Shown here: positions 9,280-23,967 of the stretch, piece by piece
Layout of the letters: each line of letters begins with the position of its first letter
Numbering within the stretch: the stretch's first letter is position 1
Source of the DNA: an uncultured Actinomycetota bacterium
GTDB taxonomy: Bacteria > Actinomycetota > Actinomycetes > JAFAQI01 > DASSKL01
Direction of reading: 5' to 3'
Assembly: GCA_963728075.1 (NCBI GenBank)
Contig: CAVSIP010000002.1
Span: forward strand, 46,759 to 110,758
DNA length: 64,000 nucleotides
The notes under the pieces: generated by a model
Databases searched by the model: none
What the model was told of the DNA's origin: nothing
What the model saw: only the letters and a program-made list of their open reading frames with translations
Translations under genes and position numbers: made by a program

Positions 9280-9642
9280 GTGCAGCGAGTGTTCAGCGTG
9301 GACGAGGCGCGCGCGCTCATGCCGGACGTACACCAGCGGGTCGCGCAGATCGTGACCCTGCGGGCGGACCTGGCCGAGCTGACCGCGGCGATCCGGACCG
9401 GCGCCCCGTCTCCGCACGGCGGCGTGGCCGAGGCGAAGGGCCTCGAGGCGCGGCTGCACGAGGCGCTGGGCTGGCTGCGCGACCAGGGCTTGCAGGTGAA
9501 GGGCTTCGCCCCCGTGCTGCTGGACTTCCCCGCCGTGCTCGACGGGGACGACGTCCTGCTGTGCTGGCTCGAGGGCGAGCCGGCGCTGGGCTGGTACCAC
9601 CGACGCGAGCTCGGTTTCGCCGGCCGGCGGCCGCTCGACTAG
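9280..9642 (+). CDS. DUF2203-family protein
   Basis: FSVDEARALMP...VKG...LLDFP...LCWLEGE...WYH...GFAGRRP. Confidence 0.85.
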   Translation: MQRVFSVDEARALMPDVHQRVAQIVTLRADLAELTAAIRTGAPSPHGGVAEAKGLEARLHEALGWLRDQGLQVKGFAPVLLDFPAVLDGDDVLLCWLEGEPALGWYHRRELGFAGRRPLD

Positions 9643-9672
9643 CACCAGCGGGGGTGCGGGAAAGGCTCCGGG

Positions 9673-9746
9673 TGGGCCTGGGAGGACTTGAACCTCCGGC
9701 CTCATCCTTATCAGGGATGCGCTCTAACCGACTGAGCTACAGGCCC
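9673..9746 (-). tRNA. tRNA-Ile(GAT)
   Basis: GGGCCTGTAGCTCAGTCGGTTAGAGCGCATCCCTGATAAGGATG...GGTTCAAGTCCTCCCAGGCCCA. Confidence 0.97.
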
Positions 9747-9783
9747 GGGACAGCGCGTGCCAGCCTACCTCAGCGCCGAGGGG

Positions 9784-10317
9784 TCACTCCCGCTCGGTCA
9801 GGGTCACCTCGATGCCCCCGACGAGGTCGGCGCAGACGTTGTAGACGAAGGCGCCGAGGGTCGCGAGCGCGGTCACGAGGACGACGTTGACGGCGCCGAT
9901 GACCGCCGCACCGCCGACCACGCGACCGAGCGGGGCGTACTCGTTCACCGTGCCGCTGCCCGGGCTCACGTCCTGCACGAACGACGAGATCGAGTCGAAC
10001 ACGCCCATCCCGCCGAGGATGAGGTACAGCGCGAGGACCGCCACCACGAAGATGACGAGCAGGGCCGCGGAGAACAGGAACGTGAACTTCAGCACCGACC
10101 ACGGGTCGACGTGCTTGATCGCCAGCCGGGCCCGGCGCGGCCCGCGGCGGGTCGCGGCCGACGGCCGCATGGCGCCCAGCGGGCCCCCCGCCGCCGCGGG
10201 TCGCCCGCCCGGGACGGGGGAGCCCGACGACCCGTCCGGCGGGTTCTCCCCGACCGGACGGGCCCAGCGCTCGTGCTCGGCCGTCTCCGGCCCTCGTGGT
10301 GTCTGCTCGTCGGTCAC
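9784..10317 (-). CDS. DUF3566 membrane protein
   Basis: RRARLAIKHVDPWSVLK...YNVCADLVGGIEVTL; downstream of gyrA. Confidence 0.92.
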   Translation of the reverse strand: MTDEQTPRGPETAEHERWARPVGENPPDGSSGSPVPGGRPAAAGGPLGAMRPSAATRRGPRRARLAIKHVDPWSVLKFTFLFSAALLVIFVVAVLALYLILGGMGVFDSISSFVQDVSPGSGTVNEYAPLGRVVGGAAVIGAVNVVLVTALATLGAFVYNVCADLVGGIEVTLTERE

Positions 10318-12804
10318 TTAGTCGTTGTTCTCATCCGGCTCGGCATTACGCGCGACTGCCACGACGCTGTCCCCGTCGGGCAGGTTGATCAACCGTACGC
10401 CCATGGTCTGGCGCTGCGCACGACGGACCTCGGCCGCGCGGGTCCGGATCACCCCACCCGAGGAGGTGATCGCGAACAGCTCCTCGTCGGTGCGGACGAC
10501 CATGGCGCCGACGAGCTGGCCGCGCTTGGCGACGATCTTCGCGGTGAGCACGCCCTTGCCGCCGCGGCCCTGGACGGGGTACTCGCCGACCTTGGTGCGC
10601 TTGGCGTAGCCGCCGTCGGTCGCGACCAGGACGTCGACCTCCTCGTCGCGGACGACCTCCATCGCGAGCAGCTCGTCCCCCTCGGCGAAGCGCATGCCGA
10701 TGACGCCCGAGGTGGCACGACCCATGGGCCGCAGCGTCTCGTCGTCGGCGTGGAAGCGGATGGACTGAGCGCCGCGGCTGACCAGCAACAGGTCGTCCTC
10801 TGCGCTGACCAGCGCGGCGGAGATGAGCTCGTCGTCGTCCTTGAGGTTGATCGCGATGACCCCGCCGCTGCGGCTGGAGTCGAAGTCCGTGAGCGGGGTC
10901 TTCTTCACCAGCCCGCGCTTGGTGGCCAGCACGAGGTACGGCGCGACCTCGTAGTTCTGGATGTCCATGATCTGGGCGATGGTCTCGTCCGGCTGGAAGG
11001 CGAGAATGTTCGCGACGTGCTGGCCCCGGGCGTTGCGCGACATCTCCGGCAGCTCGTGCGCCTTCGCGCGGTACACCCGGCCCTTGTTCGTGAAGAACAG
11101 GATCCAGTTGTGCGTCGAGGTCACGAAGAAGTGCTCGACGATGTCGTCCTGCTTCAGCTGCGCGCCCTGGACGCCCTTGCCGCCGCGCTTCTGTGACCGG
11201 TACAGGTCGGTCTTGGTCCGCTTCGCGTAGCCGGAGCGCGTGATCGTGACGACCACGTCCTCCTCGGCGATGAGGTCCTCGAGCGACAGGTCGCCCTCGT
11301 AGGGCACGATCCGGGTGACCCGGTCGCGGCCGTACTTCTCGACGATCTCGCCCAGCTCGGTGCCGATGATCTCGCGCTGGCGGGTCGGGGACTCGAGGAT
11401 CGCGTTGAGCTCGGCGATCCGCTCGGTCAGCTCGCCGTACTCGTCGATGATCCGCTGCCGCTCCAGAGCGGCGAGGCGGCGCAGCTGCATGTCGAGGATG
11501 GCGGTCGCCTGCACCTCGTCGATGTCGAGGAACGACATCAGCTGGCCGCGGGCGGCGTCCGCCGACTCGGCGTTGCGGATGAGGTTGATGACCTCGTCCA
11601 GGGCGTCGAGCGCCTTGAGCAGCGCGCGCAGGATGTGGGCGCGCTCCTCCGCCTTGCGCAGCTGGTAGCGCGTACGCCGGACGATGACCTCGACCTGGTG
11701 GCCGACGTAGAAGCGGACGAGCTGGGCGAGGTTCAGCGTGCGCGGCACACCGTCGACCAGGGCCACCACGTTGCAGCCGAAGGTGTCCTGCAGCTGGGTG
11801 TGCTTGTACAGGTTGTTCAGCACCACCCGGGGGACGGCGTCCCGCTTGAGCGTGACGACGAGACGCAGGCCGGTACGGGTCGATCCCTCGTCGGCCAGCT
11901 CGGCGATGCCGGCCATCCGGCCGTCGTCGACCAGCTCACCGATCTTGCGGAGCAGGGCGTCCTTGTTCACCTGGTAGGGCAGCTCGGTGACGATGAGCTG
12001 CGCCCGGCCGCGGCGGTCCTCGTCGATCTCGACGACGGCCCGCATGCGGACGGAGCCGCGCCCGGTGCGGTAGGCGTCCTCGATGCCGTCGCGGCCGACG
12101 ATGAGCGCACCGGTCGGGAAGTCCGGCCCCGGGATGCGCTCCATGCACGCCGCCAGCAGCTCCTCGTCGGCGGCGTCCGGGTGCTCGAGGTACCAGTGCA
12201 CCGCGGAGGCGACCTCACGCAGGTTGTGCGGCGGGATGTTCGTCGCCATACCGACCGCGATGCCGGCGGCGCCGTTGACGAGCAGGTTGGGGATCCGGCT
12301 CGGCAGCACGACCGGCTCCTGCGCCCGGCCGTCGTAGTTCGGGACGAAGTCGACCGTCTCCTGGTCGATCTCGCGCAGCATCTCCATCGCCAGCGGCGCG
12401 AGCCGCGACTCCGTGTAGCGCATCGCGGCCGGCGGGTCGTCGCCCTGCGAGCCGAAGTTGCCGTTGCCGTCGATGAGCGGCTCGCGCATCGACCACGGCT
12501 GGGCCAGCCGGACGAGGGTGTCGTAGATCGCCGAGTCGCCGTGCGGGTGGTAGTTGCCCATGACGTCGCCGACGACGCGGGCGCACTTCACGTAGCCCCG
12601 GTCGGGACGGTAGCCGCCGTCGTACATCGCGTAGAGCACCCGCCGGTGCACCGGCTTGAGCCCGTCGCGGACGTCGGGCAGCGCGCGGCCGACGATGACC
12701 GACATCGCGTAGTCGAGGTAGCTGCGCTGCATCTCGACCTGGATGTCGACCGGCTCGATACGGTCCTCGGGCCCGCCTGGCGGCGGGGTGGTCACCTCGG
12801 TCAC
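10318..12804 (-). CDS. gyrA: DNA gyrase subunit A
   Basis: YHPHGD, AAMRYTE, GyrA-box QKRGGKG. Confidence 0.99.
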   Translation of the reverse strand: MTEVTTPPPGGPEDRIEPVDIQVEMQRSYLDYAMSVIVGRALPDVRDGLKPVHRRVLYAMYDGGYRPDRGYVKCARVVGDVMGNYHPHGDSAIYDTLVRLAQPWSMREPLIDGNGNFGSQGDDPPAAMRYTESRLAPLAMEMLREIDQETVDFVPNYDGRAQEPVVLPSRIPNLLVNGAAGIAVGMATNIPPHNLREVASAVHWYLEHPDAADEELLAACMERIPGPDFPTGALIVGRDGIEDAYRTGRGSVRMRAVVEIDEDRRGRAQLIVTELPYQVNKDALLRKIGELVDDGRMAGIAELADEGSTRTGLRLVVTLKRDAVPRVVLNNLYKHTQLQDTFGCNVVALVDGVPRTLNLAQLVRFYVGHQVEVIVRRTRYQLRKAEERAHILRALLKALDALDEVINLIRNAESADAARGQLMSFLDIDEVQATAILDMQLRRLAALERQRIIDEYGELTERIAELNAILESPTRQREIIGTELGEIVEKYGRDRVTRIVPYEGDLSLEDLIAEEDVVVTITRSGYAKRTKTDLYRSQKRGGKGVQGAQLKQDDIVEHFFVTSTHNWILFFTNKGRVYRAKAHELPEMSRNARGQHVANILAFQPDETIAQIMDIQNYEVAPYLVLATKRGLVKKTPLTDFDSSRSGGVIAINLKDDDELISAALVSAEDDLLLVSRGAQSIRFHADDETLRPMGRATSGVIGMRFAEGDELLAMEVVRDEEVDVLVATDGGYAKRTKVGEYPVQGRGGKGVLTAKIVAKRGQLVGAMVVRTDEELFAITSSGGVIRTRAAEVRRAQRQTMGVRLINLPDGDSVVAVARNAEPDENND

Positions 12805-12853
12805 AGGTTGCCCTTCGGGGTACGGCGATCAGCGGCCGCGGTTCGGCCGCTGA

Positions 12854-15495
<2,642 letters not shown>

Positions 15496-15506
<11 letters not shown>

Positions 15507-16617
15507 GGCGCACCTCCCCGCCGGTCACGTCGTAGCGCGCACCCGCCAGCATCGCCGGGACGTCCTCGGCGACCGCGGCCGTGACGACGACCTGCTCCGC
15601 GGGCGCGACCAGCGCCGCCAGCCGCTCCCGCCGCTGCACGTCCAGCTCCGCGAAGACGTCGTCGAGGAGCAGGACCGGTTCCCCGCCGTCGCTCGTGAGC
15701 AGCTCGTAGGCGGCCAGGCGCAGCGCGAGGGCCAACGACCACGACTCGCCGTGGCTGGCGTACCCGCGCGCCGGGAGCTCCCCGATGCCCAGCACGAGCT
15801 CGTCGCGGTGCGGCCCGACCAGGCTGATGCCGCGGACGAGCTCCTGCTCGCGCGCAGCGGCGGTCGCGCCCAGCAGCACCTCGGTGAGCTCCTGGCGGTC
15901 GGCCACGAGCGGCGCGTCGGGACCCAGCGACGAGCGGTAGTCCATCGTCACCGGCCCCCGGCCCTCCGAGACCGCGTCGTAGGCCTTGTCCACGAGCGGG
16001 CGCAGCGCGTCGACCAGCTCCAGCCGGGCGGCCAGCAGCTCCGCCCCGGTACGGGCGAGGTGGCCGTCCCAGACGTCCAGCGTCGTGAGGTCGCCGGCGC
16101 GACGCGCGGCGGCGGCGGTCTTGAGCAACGCGTTGCGCTGCTTGAGCACCCGGTCGTAGTCGGCCCGCACCCCGGCCAGGCGCGGCGCGCGGGCGACGAG
16201 CAGGTCGTCGAGGAACCGCCGGCGCTCCCCGGGGTCGCCCTTCACCAGCGCCAGGTCCTCGGGGGCGAACAGCACCGTGCGCAGCACGCCGAGCACCTCC
16301 CGGGAGCGGGGGACGGGGGAGCGGTTGATCCGCGCCCGGTTCGCCTTGCCGGGGTTGAGCTCGAGCTCGACCAGCGTGGTCCGCCCGTCCCGGTCGACCG
16401 CCACCCGGACGTACGCCTGCTCGGCACCCAGCCGCACCAGCGGCGCGTCGCTGGACACCCGGTGGCTGCCCAGGGTCGCGGCGTACTCGATCGCCTCGAC
16501 GAGGTTGGTCTTGCCCTGCCCGTTCGCGCCGACGAACACCGTGACGCCCGGGCCGAAGGACACCTCGGCGGAGGCGTACGAGCGAAAGTCCACGAGAGAC
16601 AGGTGCGCGACCCGCAT
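15496..16617 (-). CDS. recF: DNA replication/repair protein RecF
   Basis: [30 protein letters not shown]. Confidence 0.98.
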
Positions 16618-16622
16618 CGGCC

Positions 16623-17576
16623 TCAGCGGGCCCGCTCGTCCGGCTGGGGTACCCCGCTGTCGGCGCCCGGGGCGTCGGCGCCGGTCTCGGTCGAGCCGGC
16701 GGCGGAGGTCACGGCGTGCCCGCCGAACTGGTTGCGCAGCGCGGCCACCGCCTTCATCGCCGGTGAGTCGTCCTGGCGCGAGGCGAACCGCGCGTAGAGC
16801 GCCGCGGTGATCACGGGCAGCGGGACGGCGTGGTCGACCGCCGCCTGGACCGTCCACCGGCCTTCACCCGAGTCGGCCGCATAGCCCCGCAGCTGCTCGA
16901 GGTGCTCGTCCTCGTCGAGCGCGCGGACCAGCAGGTCGAGCAGCCAGGAGCGGATCACCGTCCCGGAGCGCCACGACCGCAGCACCTCGCGGACGTCGGT
17001 GACCATGTCGGCCGCCTCGAGCAGCTCGAAGCCCTCGGCGTAGGCCTGCATCACGCCGTACTCGATGCCGTTGTGCACCATCTTCGCGAAGTGCCCGGCA
17101 CCGACCCCGCCGGCGTGGACGAACCCGAACTCCCCCGGCGGCTTCAGGGTGTCGAACAGCGGCTGGAGCAGCTCCACGTGCGCCCGCTCACCGCCACACA
17201 TCAGGGCGTAGCCCTCGGTGAGCCCCCACACCCCACCGCTGACACCGCAGTCGACGAACCCGATGCCTCTGGCCGCGAGGTCCTCGGCGTGGCGGATGTC
17301 GTCGAGGTAGCGGGAGTTGCCACCGTCGACCACGACGTCGCCGCGGTCGAGCAGGTCGGCGAGCGCCGAGATCGTCTGGTAGGTCGGTTCGCCGGCGGGG
17401 ACCATCACCCACACCAGCCGCGGGCTGGGCAGCGCCGCGACCAGCTGCTCGAGCGTCTCCACGTCGCGGGTGCCGGGCGCCCGGTCGTAGCCGATGACCG
17501 TGTGCCCACCGCGGCGCAGGCGTTCGGCCATGTTGCCGCCCATCCGGCCGAGGCCGACCATTCCGAGCGTCGTCAC
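16623..17576 (-). CDS. gnd: 6-phosphogluconate dehydrogenase (decarboxylating, short form)
   Basis: [27 protein letters not shown]. Confidence 0.96.
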   Translation of the reverse strand: MTTLGMVGLGRMGGNMAERLRRGGHTVIGYDRAPGTRDVETLEQLVAALPSPRLVWVMVPAGEPTYQTISALADLLDRGDVVVDGGNSRYLDDIRHAEDLAARGIGFVDCGVSGGVWGLTEGYALMCGGERAHVELLQPLFDTLKPPGEFGFVHAGGVGAGHFAKMVHNGIEYGVMQAYAEGFELLEAADMVTDVREVLRSWRSGTVIRSWLLDLLVRALDEDEHLEQLRGYAADSGEGRWTVQAAVDHAVPLPVITAALYARFASRQDDSPAMKAVAALRNQFGGHAVTSAAGSTETGADAPGADSGVPQPDERAR

Positions 17577-17626
17577 GCTGTCCTCCCGTCGGTGCGAGTG
17601 CCCCGTGCGGCGGGCGTACCCGCGGT

Positions 17627-18757
17627 TCAGCCGGACAGGCGTACCGGCATGAGCAGGTAGCGGTAGTCGTCCCCGCCTGCACCGGCGCCGGTCGCCTTGC
17701 CGGTGAGGACCGCCGGTTTCGTGGCCGCCGTGAACGCGAAGTGCGCGGTGTCGCTGTCGATGGCACCGAGCCCGTCGAGCAGGTACTGCGGGTTGAAGGC
17801 GATCGTCAGGTCCTCGCCCTCGTACCCGGCCGGCAGCGACTCCGAGGCCTGGGCGTCGTCGAGACCACCGGCCTCGAGCACGAGCCCGTCGGCGGAGAAC
17901 GACAGCCGCACCGGTGCGTTGCGGGCGGCGACGAGCGCGACCCGCTTGACCGCCTCGACGAGCGGGCCGGTGTCGACCTGTGCCGACGCCGCGGACTCGG
18001 CGGGCAGCAGCGAGCGGTACTTCGGGAACTCGCCGTCGAGCAGCCGGGTGGTCGTGCGCCGGGACCCGCCGGAGAAGCCGGCGAGCCCGTCGCCACTGCC
18101 GCCGGTGGCCAGCGCGACCGTGACCTGGGCCCCCGACGTCATCGACCGAGCGGTCTCGGCGAGGGTGCGGGCCGGCACCAGCGCCGTCGCCGAGAGCTGC
18201 GGGTTCTCCGGCGACCAGCCGAGTTCGCGGACGGCGAGCCGGTAGCGGTCGGTTGCGGCGAGGGTGAGCCGGTCACCGTCGATCTCGACCCGGATGCCGG
18301 TGAGCACGGGCAGGGTGTCGTCCCGCCCGGCGGCTACGGCGACCGAGGCGACCGCCGCAGCGAAGGCGTCGCTGCCGATGGTGCCCGCCGTCGCCGGCAT
18401 GTCCGGCAGGCTGGGGTACTCCTCCAGCGGCAGGGTCGCCAGGGTGAAGCGGGCGCTGCCGCAGGTGACGACCACGCGGGAGCCGTCCGTGGCGACCTCG
18501 ACCGGCGCGGCGGGCAGGCTGCGGGTGATCTCCGACAGCAGCCGACCCGAGACGAGCACCTGACCGGTCTCAGTGGTGTCGACCTCGACCTCGACCTGGG
18601 TGGAGACCTCGTAGTCGAAGCCGGCCACGGTGAGTCCGGCCGCGGTCGCGTCAAGCCGCAGGCCGGCGAGCACCGGCAGCTGAGGCCGCTGGGGCAGCGT
18701 GCGGGCGGACCAGGCGACCGCCTCCGCGAGGACGTCCCGGTCGACGCGGAATCTCAT
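17627..18757 (-). CDS. dnaN: DNA polymerase III beta clamp
   Basis: [23 protein letters not shown]. Confidence 0.98.
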   Translation of the reverse strand: MRFRVDRDVLAEAVAWSARTLPQRPQLPVLAGLRLDATAAGLTVAGFDYEVSTQVEVEVDTTETGQVLVSGRLLSEITRSLPAAPVEVATDGSRVVVTCGSARFTLATLPLEEYPSLPDMPATAGTIGSDAFAAAVASVAVAAGRDDTLPVLTGIRVEIDGDRLTLAATDRYRLAVRELGWSPENPQLSATALVPARTLAETARSMTSGAQVTVALATGGSGDGLAGFSGGSRRTTTRLLDGEFPKYRSLLPAESAASAQVDTGPLVEAVKRVALVAARNAPVRLSFSADGLVLEAGGLDDAQASESLPAGYEGEDLTIAFNPQYLLDGLGAIDSDTAHFAFTAATKPAVLTGKATGAGAGGDDYRYLLMPVRLSG

Positions 18758-18759
18758 CG

Positions 18760-19124
18760 AATGCCTCCCGTGCTTGCCGGTGTCGAGGACATGACATCAG
18801 GCCGGTCGGTGCGCGTTGTCCCCAGGCCGGGCGCACTCCCCATGATGATGTTTGAGCAGGACAGAAATGACATCAACGACGTCGTCTCAGGGGGCGTGGA
18901 CGATGTGGACAGCCGGCAACGTCGCAGGTCGGCGCCGGTTTCGTTGTCGACAGCGGGTGTGTACGGAGCGTGTGGGAACTCCGGCGCCCTGCGGACACTC
19001 CGGTCCACGAGCGGGATGTCGACAGGACATCCCCGGTTCTCCACAGTGTTTTCCCCAGCCTGTGCACGCTGGACGGGCAGGGCGAAAGTACGCGAACAGG
19101 ACGTGACGTGGTCAACACGCAGCG
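18760..19124. other. oriC: Chromosomal replication origin oriC (dnaA-dnaN intergenic)
   Basis: DnaA-box-like 9-mers, e.g. TGTGGACAG 18904, TTGTCGACA 18944, TTCTCCACA 19037; relatively AT-richer patch near 18840-18875. Confidence 0.85.
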
Positions 19125-20529
19125 TCACGAAGACCGTGCCTGCGACTTGATCCGGTTGGTCAGCTCGGTGACCTGGTTGTAGATCGAGCGACGTTCGGCC
19201 ATGAGCGAGCGGATCTTGCGGTCGGCGTGCATCACCGTCGTGTGGTCCCGGTTGCCGAACTGCTGGCCGATCTTCGGCAGCGACAGGTCGGTGAGCTCGC
19301 GGCAGAGGTACATGGCGATCTGGCGGGCCGTGACGAGCACCCGGCTGCGGGAGGAGCCGCACAGGTCCTCCATCGACAACCCGAAGTAGGAGGCGGTCGC
19401 CGCCATGATCGTCGCCGCGGTGATCTCCGGCCCGCTTCCGTCGGGAATGAGGTCCTTGAGCACGACCTCGGCCAGGGCGAGGTCGACGCCCTGCCGGTTG
19501 AGGCTGGCGAAGGCGGTGACCCGGATGAGGGCGCCCTCGAGCTCGCGGATGTTCCGCGAGATCTTGCTCGCGATGAACTCGAGGACCTCCGGCGGGGCGT
19601 CCAGCCGCTCCTGGGCGGCCTTCTTGCGCAGGATCGCGATGCGGGTCTCGAGCTCGGGCGGCTGGATGTCGGTGATCAGCCCCCACTCGAACCGGTTGCG
19701 CAGCCGGTCCTCCAGCGTGACCAGCTGCTTGGGCGGCCGGTCGGAGCTGATGACGATCTGCTTGCTCTGCGTTGTGCAGGGTGTTGAACGTGTGGAAGAA
19801 CTCCTCCTGCGTCTGCTCCTTGTTCTCCAGGAACTGGATGTCGTCGACGAGGAGGACGTCGATGTCGCGGTAGCGGCGGCGGAACCCCTCGCCCTTGCCG
19901 TCGCGAATCGAGTTGATGAAGTCGTTGGTGAACTCCTCCGAGCTCACGTACCGCACCCGCGCGCCGGAGTAGAGGTTCTGGGCGTAGTGCCCGATGGCGT
20001 GCAGCAGGTGGGTCTTGCCGAGCCCGGAGTCACCGTAGATGAACAGCGGGTTGTACGCCTTGGCCGGCGCCTCCGCGACTGCGACCGCGGCGGCGTGGGC
20101 GAACCGGTTGCTCGCCCCGATGACGAACGTCTCGAACAGGTAGCGGGGGTTGAGCCGGGTGGGCTCCACCTGCCGGGGCCGCTCGCGGGAGCCGTCCATC
20201 GACGGCAGCACCGGGGCAGGGGGGTCGTCGGCCGGCTCGTCGGCGAGCGGGGCGGCATCGTCCTCCGGGGGCGGCTCCACCGTCACGGCGACCTGGACCT
20301 CGCGGCCGAGCTCGCGGGAGAGCGCCTGGACGATCAACGGCCGCAGCCGGGACTCCAGCACGTCACGGGCGAACTCGTTGGGGGTCGCGAGCAGGGCGGT
20401 GTCAGCCACCAGACCGAGCGGGCGGGTGAGCGACATCCACGCCCGCTGCTGGGGAGCGAGGGAGTCGTCCGGGAGCCCGGCGATCGCACGCGACCACACC
20501 TCCGCGAGGTCGAGCACGTCGTCGGACAT
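19125..20529 (-). CDS. dnaA: Chromosomal replication initiator DnaA (apparent 1-nt frameshift near 19768)
   Basis: [23 protein letters not shown]; after the shift RQIAMYL...RDHTTV. Confidence 0.97.
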
Positions 20530-20654
20530 GTCCAGTCCCCCTCCGTCGCGGCGAGCTTCGCCGTGCTCGTCGTGGCCACGGTCGGCCCCGTCCCGGCACC
20601 AAAGCCGCGCCTTCGTGCACCGTTACAGGGCTTTCATACCGGTTCCGGTGGTAG

Positions 20655-20810
20655 TTCTCCACAGTGTTGTCCACATCTGTGGGGAACGCTGCAGCGCACC
20701 ACGTGCACTGCCGAGCGCATGGTCGGGAGGACCGTGTCGGCAGCGGGGGAAGTCCGGCGCGAGGGACGCTAACAGCCGTCCACAACCGCCAGCAAGGCGT
20801 TCACCACATC
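20655..20810. promoter_or_regulatory. DnaA boxes upstream of dnaA
   Basis: TTCTCCACA 20655, TTGTCCACA 20667, TGTGGGGAA 20678, weaker boxes near 20776 and 20799. Confidence 0.85.
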
Positions 20811-20972
20811 TGGTCCGCGAATCGCCGGCGTGCCGCCTTGACGGGCAGAACACCTGCCCCTCCGGTCACAGGGGACCCTCCGTTTGACCGGTCCCGGCGG
20901 CCCCCGTACCGTAGTGGCAACCGTCCGCACCAGTCGGTGCGTGACCGTCGGCCCGCGTCCTGGAGTTTCCCG

Positions 20973-21110
20973 GTGAGCAAGCGCACGTTCCAGCCGAACA
21001 ACCGCAAGCGCGCGAAGACCCACGGTTTCCGCCTGCGCATGCGTACGCGCGCGGGGCGCGCGGTCCTGTCCGCCCGGCGCCGCAAGGGCCGCGCGCAGCT
21101 GTCGGCCTGA
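20973..21110 (+). CDS. rpmH: 50S ribosomal protein L34
   Basis: [23 protein letters not shown]. Confidence 0.98.
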   Translation: MSKRTFQPNNRKRAKTHGFRLRMRTRAGRAVLSARRRKGRAQLSA

Positions 21111-21113
21111 CGA

Positions 21114-21485
21114 GTGCTCCCGGCCGGCGCCCGGCTGCGCAGGCGCCGGGACTTCTCTGTTGCGGTGCGCCGTGGCGCGCGGGCGGCCACGGCCACGCTG
21201 GTGGTCCACCTCGCACCGACCGATGCGGCCGACGGCCCACTGGTCGGGTTCGCCGTCGGCCGCACCGTCGGCCCGGCCGTGGTCCGCAACCGGGTCCGCC
21301 GTCGGCTGCGACACCTGGCGCGCGAGGTCGTCCCCGCGCTGCCACCGGGGTCCCGGCTGGTCGTCCGGGCACTGCCACCGGCAGCGCAGGCCGGCTACCG
21401 CGACCTCGGCACCGACCTGCAGTCCGGCGTGCGCCGCGCCACCGCGCGGGCTGCGCGAGCGGCGGGAAGGGGGTTGCTCCGGTGA
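21114..21485 (+). CDS. rnpA: Ribonuclease P protein component
   Basis: [22 protein letters not shown]. Confidence 0.95.
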   Translation: MLPAGARLRRRRDFSVAVRRGARAATATLVVHLAPTDAADGPLVGFAVGRTVGPAVVRNRVRRRLRHLAREVVPALPPGSRLVVRALPPAAQAGYRDLGTDLQSGVRRATARAARAAGRGLLR

Positions 21486-21786
21486 GCGGTGACGGCGCCG
21501 ACCGGATGTCCCCGGCCGCACGCGTGCTTGCTGCCGTCGTGTCGGGCTACCGCCGCTGGGTCAGCCCGCTGCTGGGCCCCCACTGCCGGTTCGCGCCGAC
21601 CTGCAGCGCCTATGCTCTCGAGGCGCTGCGCACCCACGGGGCGCTGCGCGGTGGCATGCTCGCCGTGCGCCGACTGCTGCGCTGCCACCCGTTCCACCCC
21701 GGGGGCGTGGACCCGGTGCCCCCGGCGCGCCGACGCGTGCCCCGGAACGCGTCCACCCCGACCCCTCAGGAGACGTGCGGTGCTAG
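21482..21786 (+). CDS. yidD: Membrane protein insertion efficiency factor (stop out of frame; end approximate)
   Basis: [11 protein letters not shown]...[14 protein letters not shown]. Confidence 0.9.
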
Positions 21787-22721
21787 ACCCGCTCTACCAC
21801 GGCGTCGCGTGGGCGATCGTCCACATCCACGCGGGCCTGCAGCCGATCATGACCGACGACGCCGCGTGGGCGCTGTCCATCGTGCTGCTCACCGTGGCGA
21901 TGCGGCTGGTGCTGTTCCCGCTGTTCGTCAAGCAGATCAAGACCCAGCGGGCCATGCAGGTGCTGCAGCCCAAGGTCAAGGAGCTGCAGGCGAAGTACAA
22001 GAACGACCGCGAGAAGCTCAACACCGAGCTCATGGCGCTCTACAGGGAGCACGGCGCCAACCCGCTGTCCGGCTGCCTGCCGCTGCTGCTGCAGATCCCG
22101 ATCTTCATTGCCCTGTTCCACGTGCTGCGCGCGATCAAGCCGGACAAGGCGGGCACCTTCCCCACCGACGTCATCGGGTTCCCGCAGCACCTCATCGCCG
22201 ACGCCGCGAACGCGAAGATCTTCGGGGTCCCCATCGCCGCCGCGTTCAACTCCGACCCCACCACGCTCGACCACCTGCACGCCAGCGCGACCTCGGTCAA
22301 GGTGCTCACGGCCAGCATGATCGTGCTGATGGGGCTCACGACGTTCTTCACCCAGCGGCAGATGATGGCCCGCACCGGGCCCGCCGAGGGTGCCGCGGCG
22401 ACCCAGCAGAAGGTGCTGCTGTACGTCCTGCCGTTCACCTTCGCGATCTTCGGCTTCCAGTTCCCGCTCGGTGTGCTGCTCTACTGGCTCACCACGAACG
22501 TGTGGAGCATGGGCCAGCAGTTCTTCATCATCCGGCGGATGCCACCGCCGGCCGCTGCGGGTGCCCGGGCCGGTGGTGGCGCCGACCCCGGCCGTGGCCG
22601 GCCGAGCGGACCGGCTGCGAAGGGCCCGGACTCCGGCGCTCCCGCGCGGCCGAGCAGCCCGGTCGGTGCCCGCCGCCCCGCCAAGCAACCGCGCAGCAAG
22701 CGTCGCGGCCGCCGTCGCTGA
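21780..22721 (+). CDS. yidC: Membrane protein insertase
   Basis: [37 protein letters not shown]. Confidence 0.96.
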   Translation: MLDPLYHGVAWAIVHIHAGLQPIMTDDAAWALSIVLLTVAMRLVLFPLFVKQIKTQRAMQVLQPKVKELQAKYKNDREKLNTELMALYREHGANPLSGCLPLLLQIPIFIALFHVLRAIKPDKAGTFPTDVIGFPQHLIADAANAKIFGVPIAAAFNSDPTTLDHLHASATSVKVLTASMIVLMGLTTFFTQRQMMARTGPAEGAAATQQKVLLYVLPFTFAIFGFQFPLGVLLYWLTTNVWSMGQQFFIIRRMPPPAAAGARAGGGADPGRGRPSGPAAKGPDSGAPARPSSPVGARRPAKQPRSKRRGRRR

Positions 22722-22744
22722 CCCGCACCACCGAAGGAGCCCCC

Positions 22745-23269
22745 GTGACCGACGAGGCCCGTGCCCAGGCCGAGACCACCAACGGTCGATCCGAGGAGGA
22801 TCGTCCCGATATCGACCTGCTTGTCCGCGAGGGCGACGTCGCTGCCGACTACCTCGAGGGTCTGCTCGACATCGCGGACCTCGACGGCGACATCGACATC
22901 GACGTCGTGGGGACCCGGGCCACCGTCTCGGTGGCGGGCGGCGGGCTCCAGCACCTCGTGGGGGAGCACGGCGAGGTCCTCGAGGCGCTGCAGGACCTCA
23001 CCCGGCTGGCGGTGACCCAGCAGACCGGCGTGCGCAGCCGGCTCATGCTCGACATCGAAGGCTGGCGGGACAAGCGCCGCGAAGAGCTCGCCGCGCTGGG
23101 CCGCCGCACCGCAGAGGCGGTCAAGGGGCGGGGGACCTCGCGCGCGCTCGCGCCGATGACGCCGTTCGAGCGCAAGGTGGTGCACGACGCCGTGGCGGAG
23201 GTGGAGGGCGTCCGCAGCGAGTCCGAGGGCGTGGACCCGGACCGGTACATCGTCATCTCGCCGGCCTGA
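22745..23269 (+). CDS. jag: Jag/EloR KH-R3H RNA-binding protein
   Basis: [32 protein letters not shown]. Confidence 0.93.
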   Translation: MTDEARAQAETTNGRSEEDRPDIDLLVREGDVAADYLEGLLDIADLDGDIDIDVVGTRATVSVAGGGLQHLVGEHGEVLEALQDLTRLAVTQQTGVRSRLMLDIEGWRDKRREELAALGRRTAEAVKGRGTSRALAPMTPFERKVVHDAVAEVEGVRSESEGVDPDRYIVISPA

Positions 23270-23282
23270 CCGGAGCCGGACG

Positions 23283-23967
23283 GTGTCCGCCGCGCCCCTC
23301 CACCGCCACCCCCGTACGCCCGCGAAATCGCCGGGGGACCGGCTGCCGCTGCTCGAGCGGTACGCAGAGCTGCTGGCCGGGGACGGGGTCGAGCACGGAC
23401 ACCTCGGCCCGCGGGAGGTCCCGCGGCTGTGGGAACGGCACCTGCTGAACTGCGCCGTGGTCGCGCCCCTGCTGCCGAGCGGAGGTCGGGTCGCCGACGT
23501 CGGTACCGGTGCCGGTCTGCCGGGGGTCGTGCTCGCCGCCCTGCGTCCGGACGTGCAGGTGGAGCTCGTCGAGCCGATGGAGCGCCGCACCAGGTTCATC
23601 GCGCGCTGCCTCGCCGAGCTGGAGCTGGCGAGCGCGACCGTGCACCGGGCACGCGCGCCGGAGCTGGACCTTCCCCTCGTCGACGTGGTGACGGCCCGGG
23701 CCGTCGCGCCGCTGCCCGTGCTGCTCGCGATGGCCGTCCCGCTGCTGCGCCGGCACGGCGAGCTGCTCGCCCTCAAGGGGGCCAGTGCAACGGAGGAGGT
23801 TGCTGCGGCGCGCTCCGAGCTGGCTCGGGTCGGGGCCGCTGAGGTGACCGTGGAGATGCTCGGCGCCGGGCTGCTGCCGACGCCCACGCACCGTCGTGCG
23901 GGTCCGGATAGGCTCGAAGGCGGCGTCGGCCGGTCGACGCGGGAGAGGACAGCGACGACGCTCGTGA
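23283..23967 (+). CDS. rsmG: 16S rRNA m7G527 methyltransferase (frameshift near 23890)
   Basis: [33 protein letters not shown]. Confidence 0.93.

Noticed and set aside
16623-17576. gnd between dnaN and recF as an unusual insertion
   Set aside because: Common arrangement in many actinomycetes
18754-20529. 591-aa DnaA with a novel C-terminus running through oriC
   Set aside because: Frameshift product; the true domain IV is in the 19125-19463 frame
21482-23269. 595-aa YidD-Jag fusion ORF
   Set aside because: It overlaps intact yidC in another frame and jag has its own RBS and GTG; best explained by a missing or shifted yidD stop
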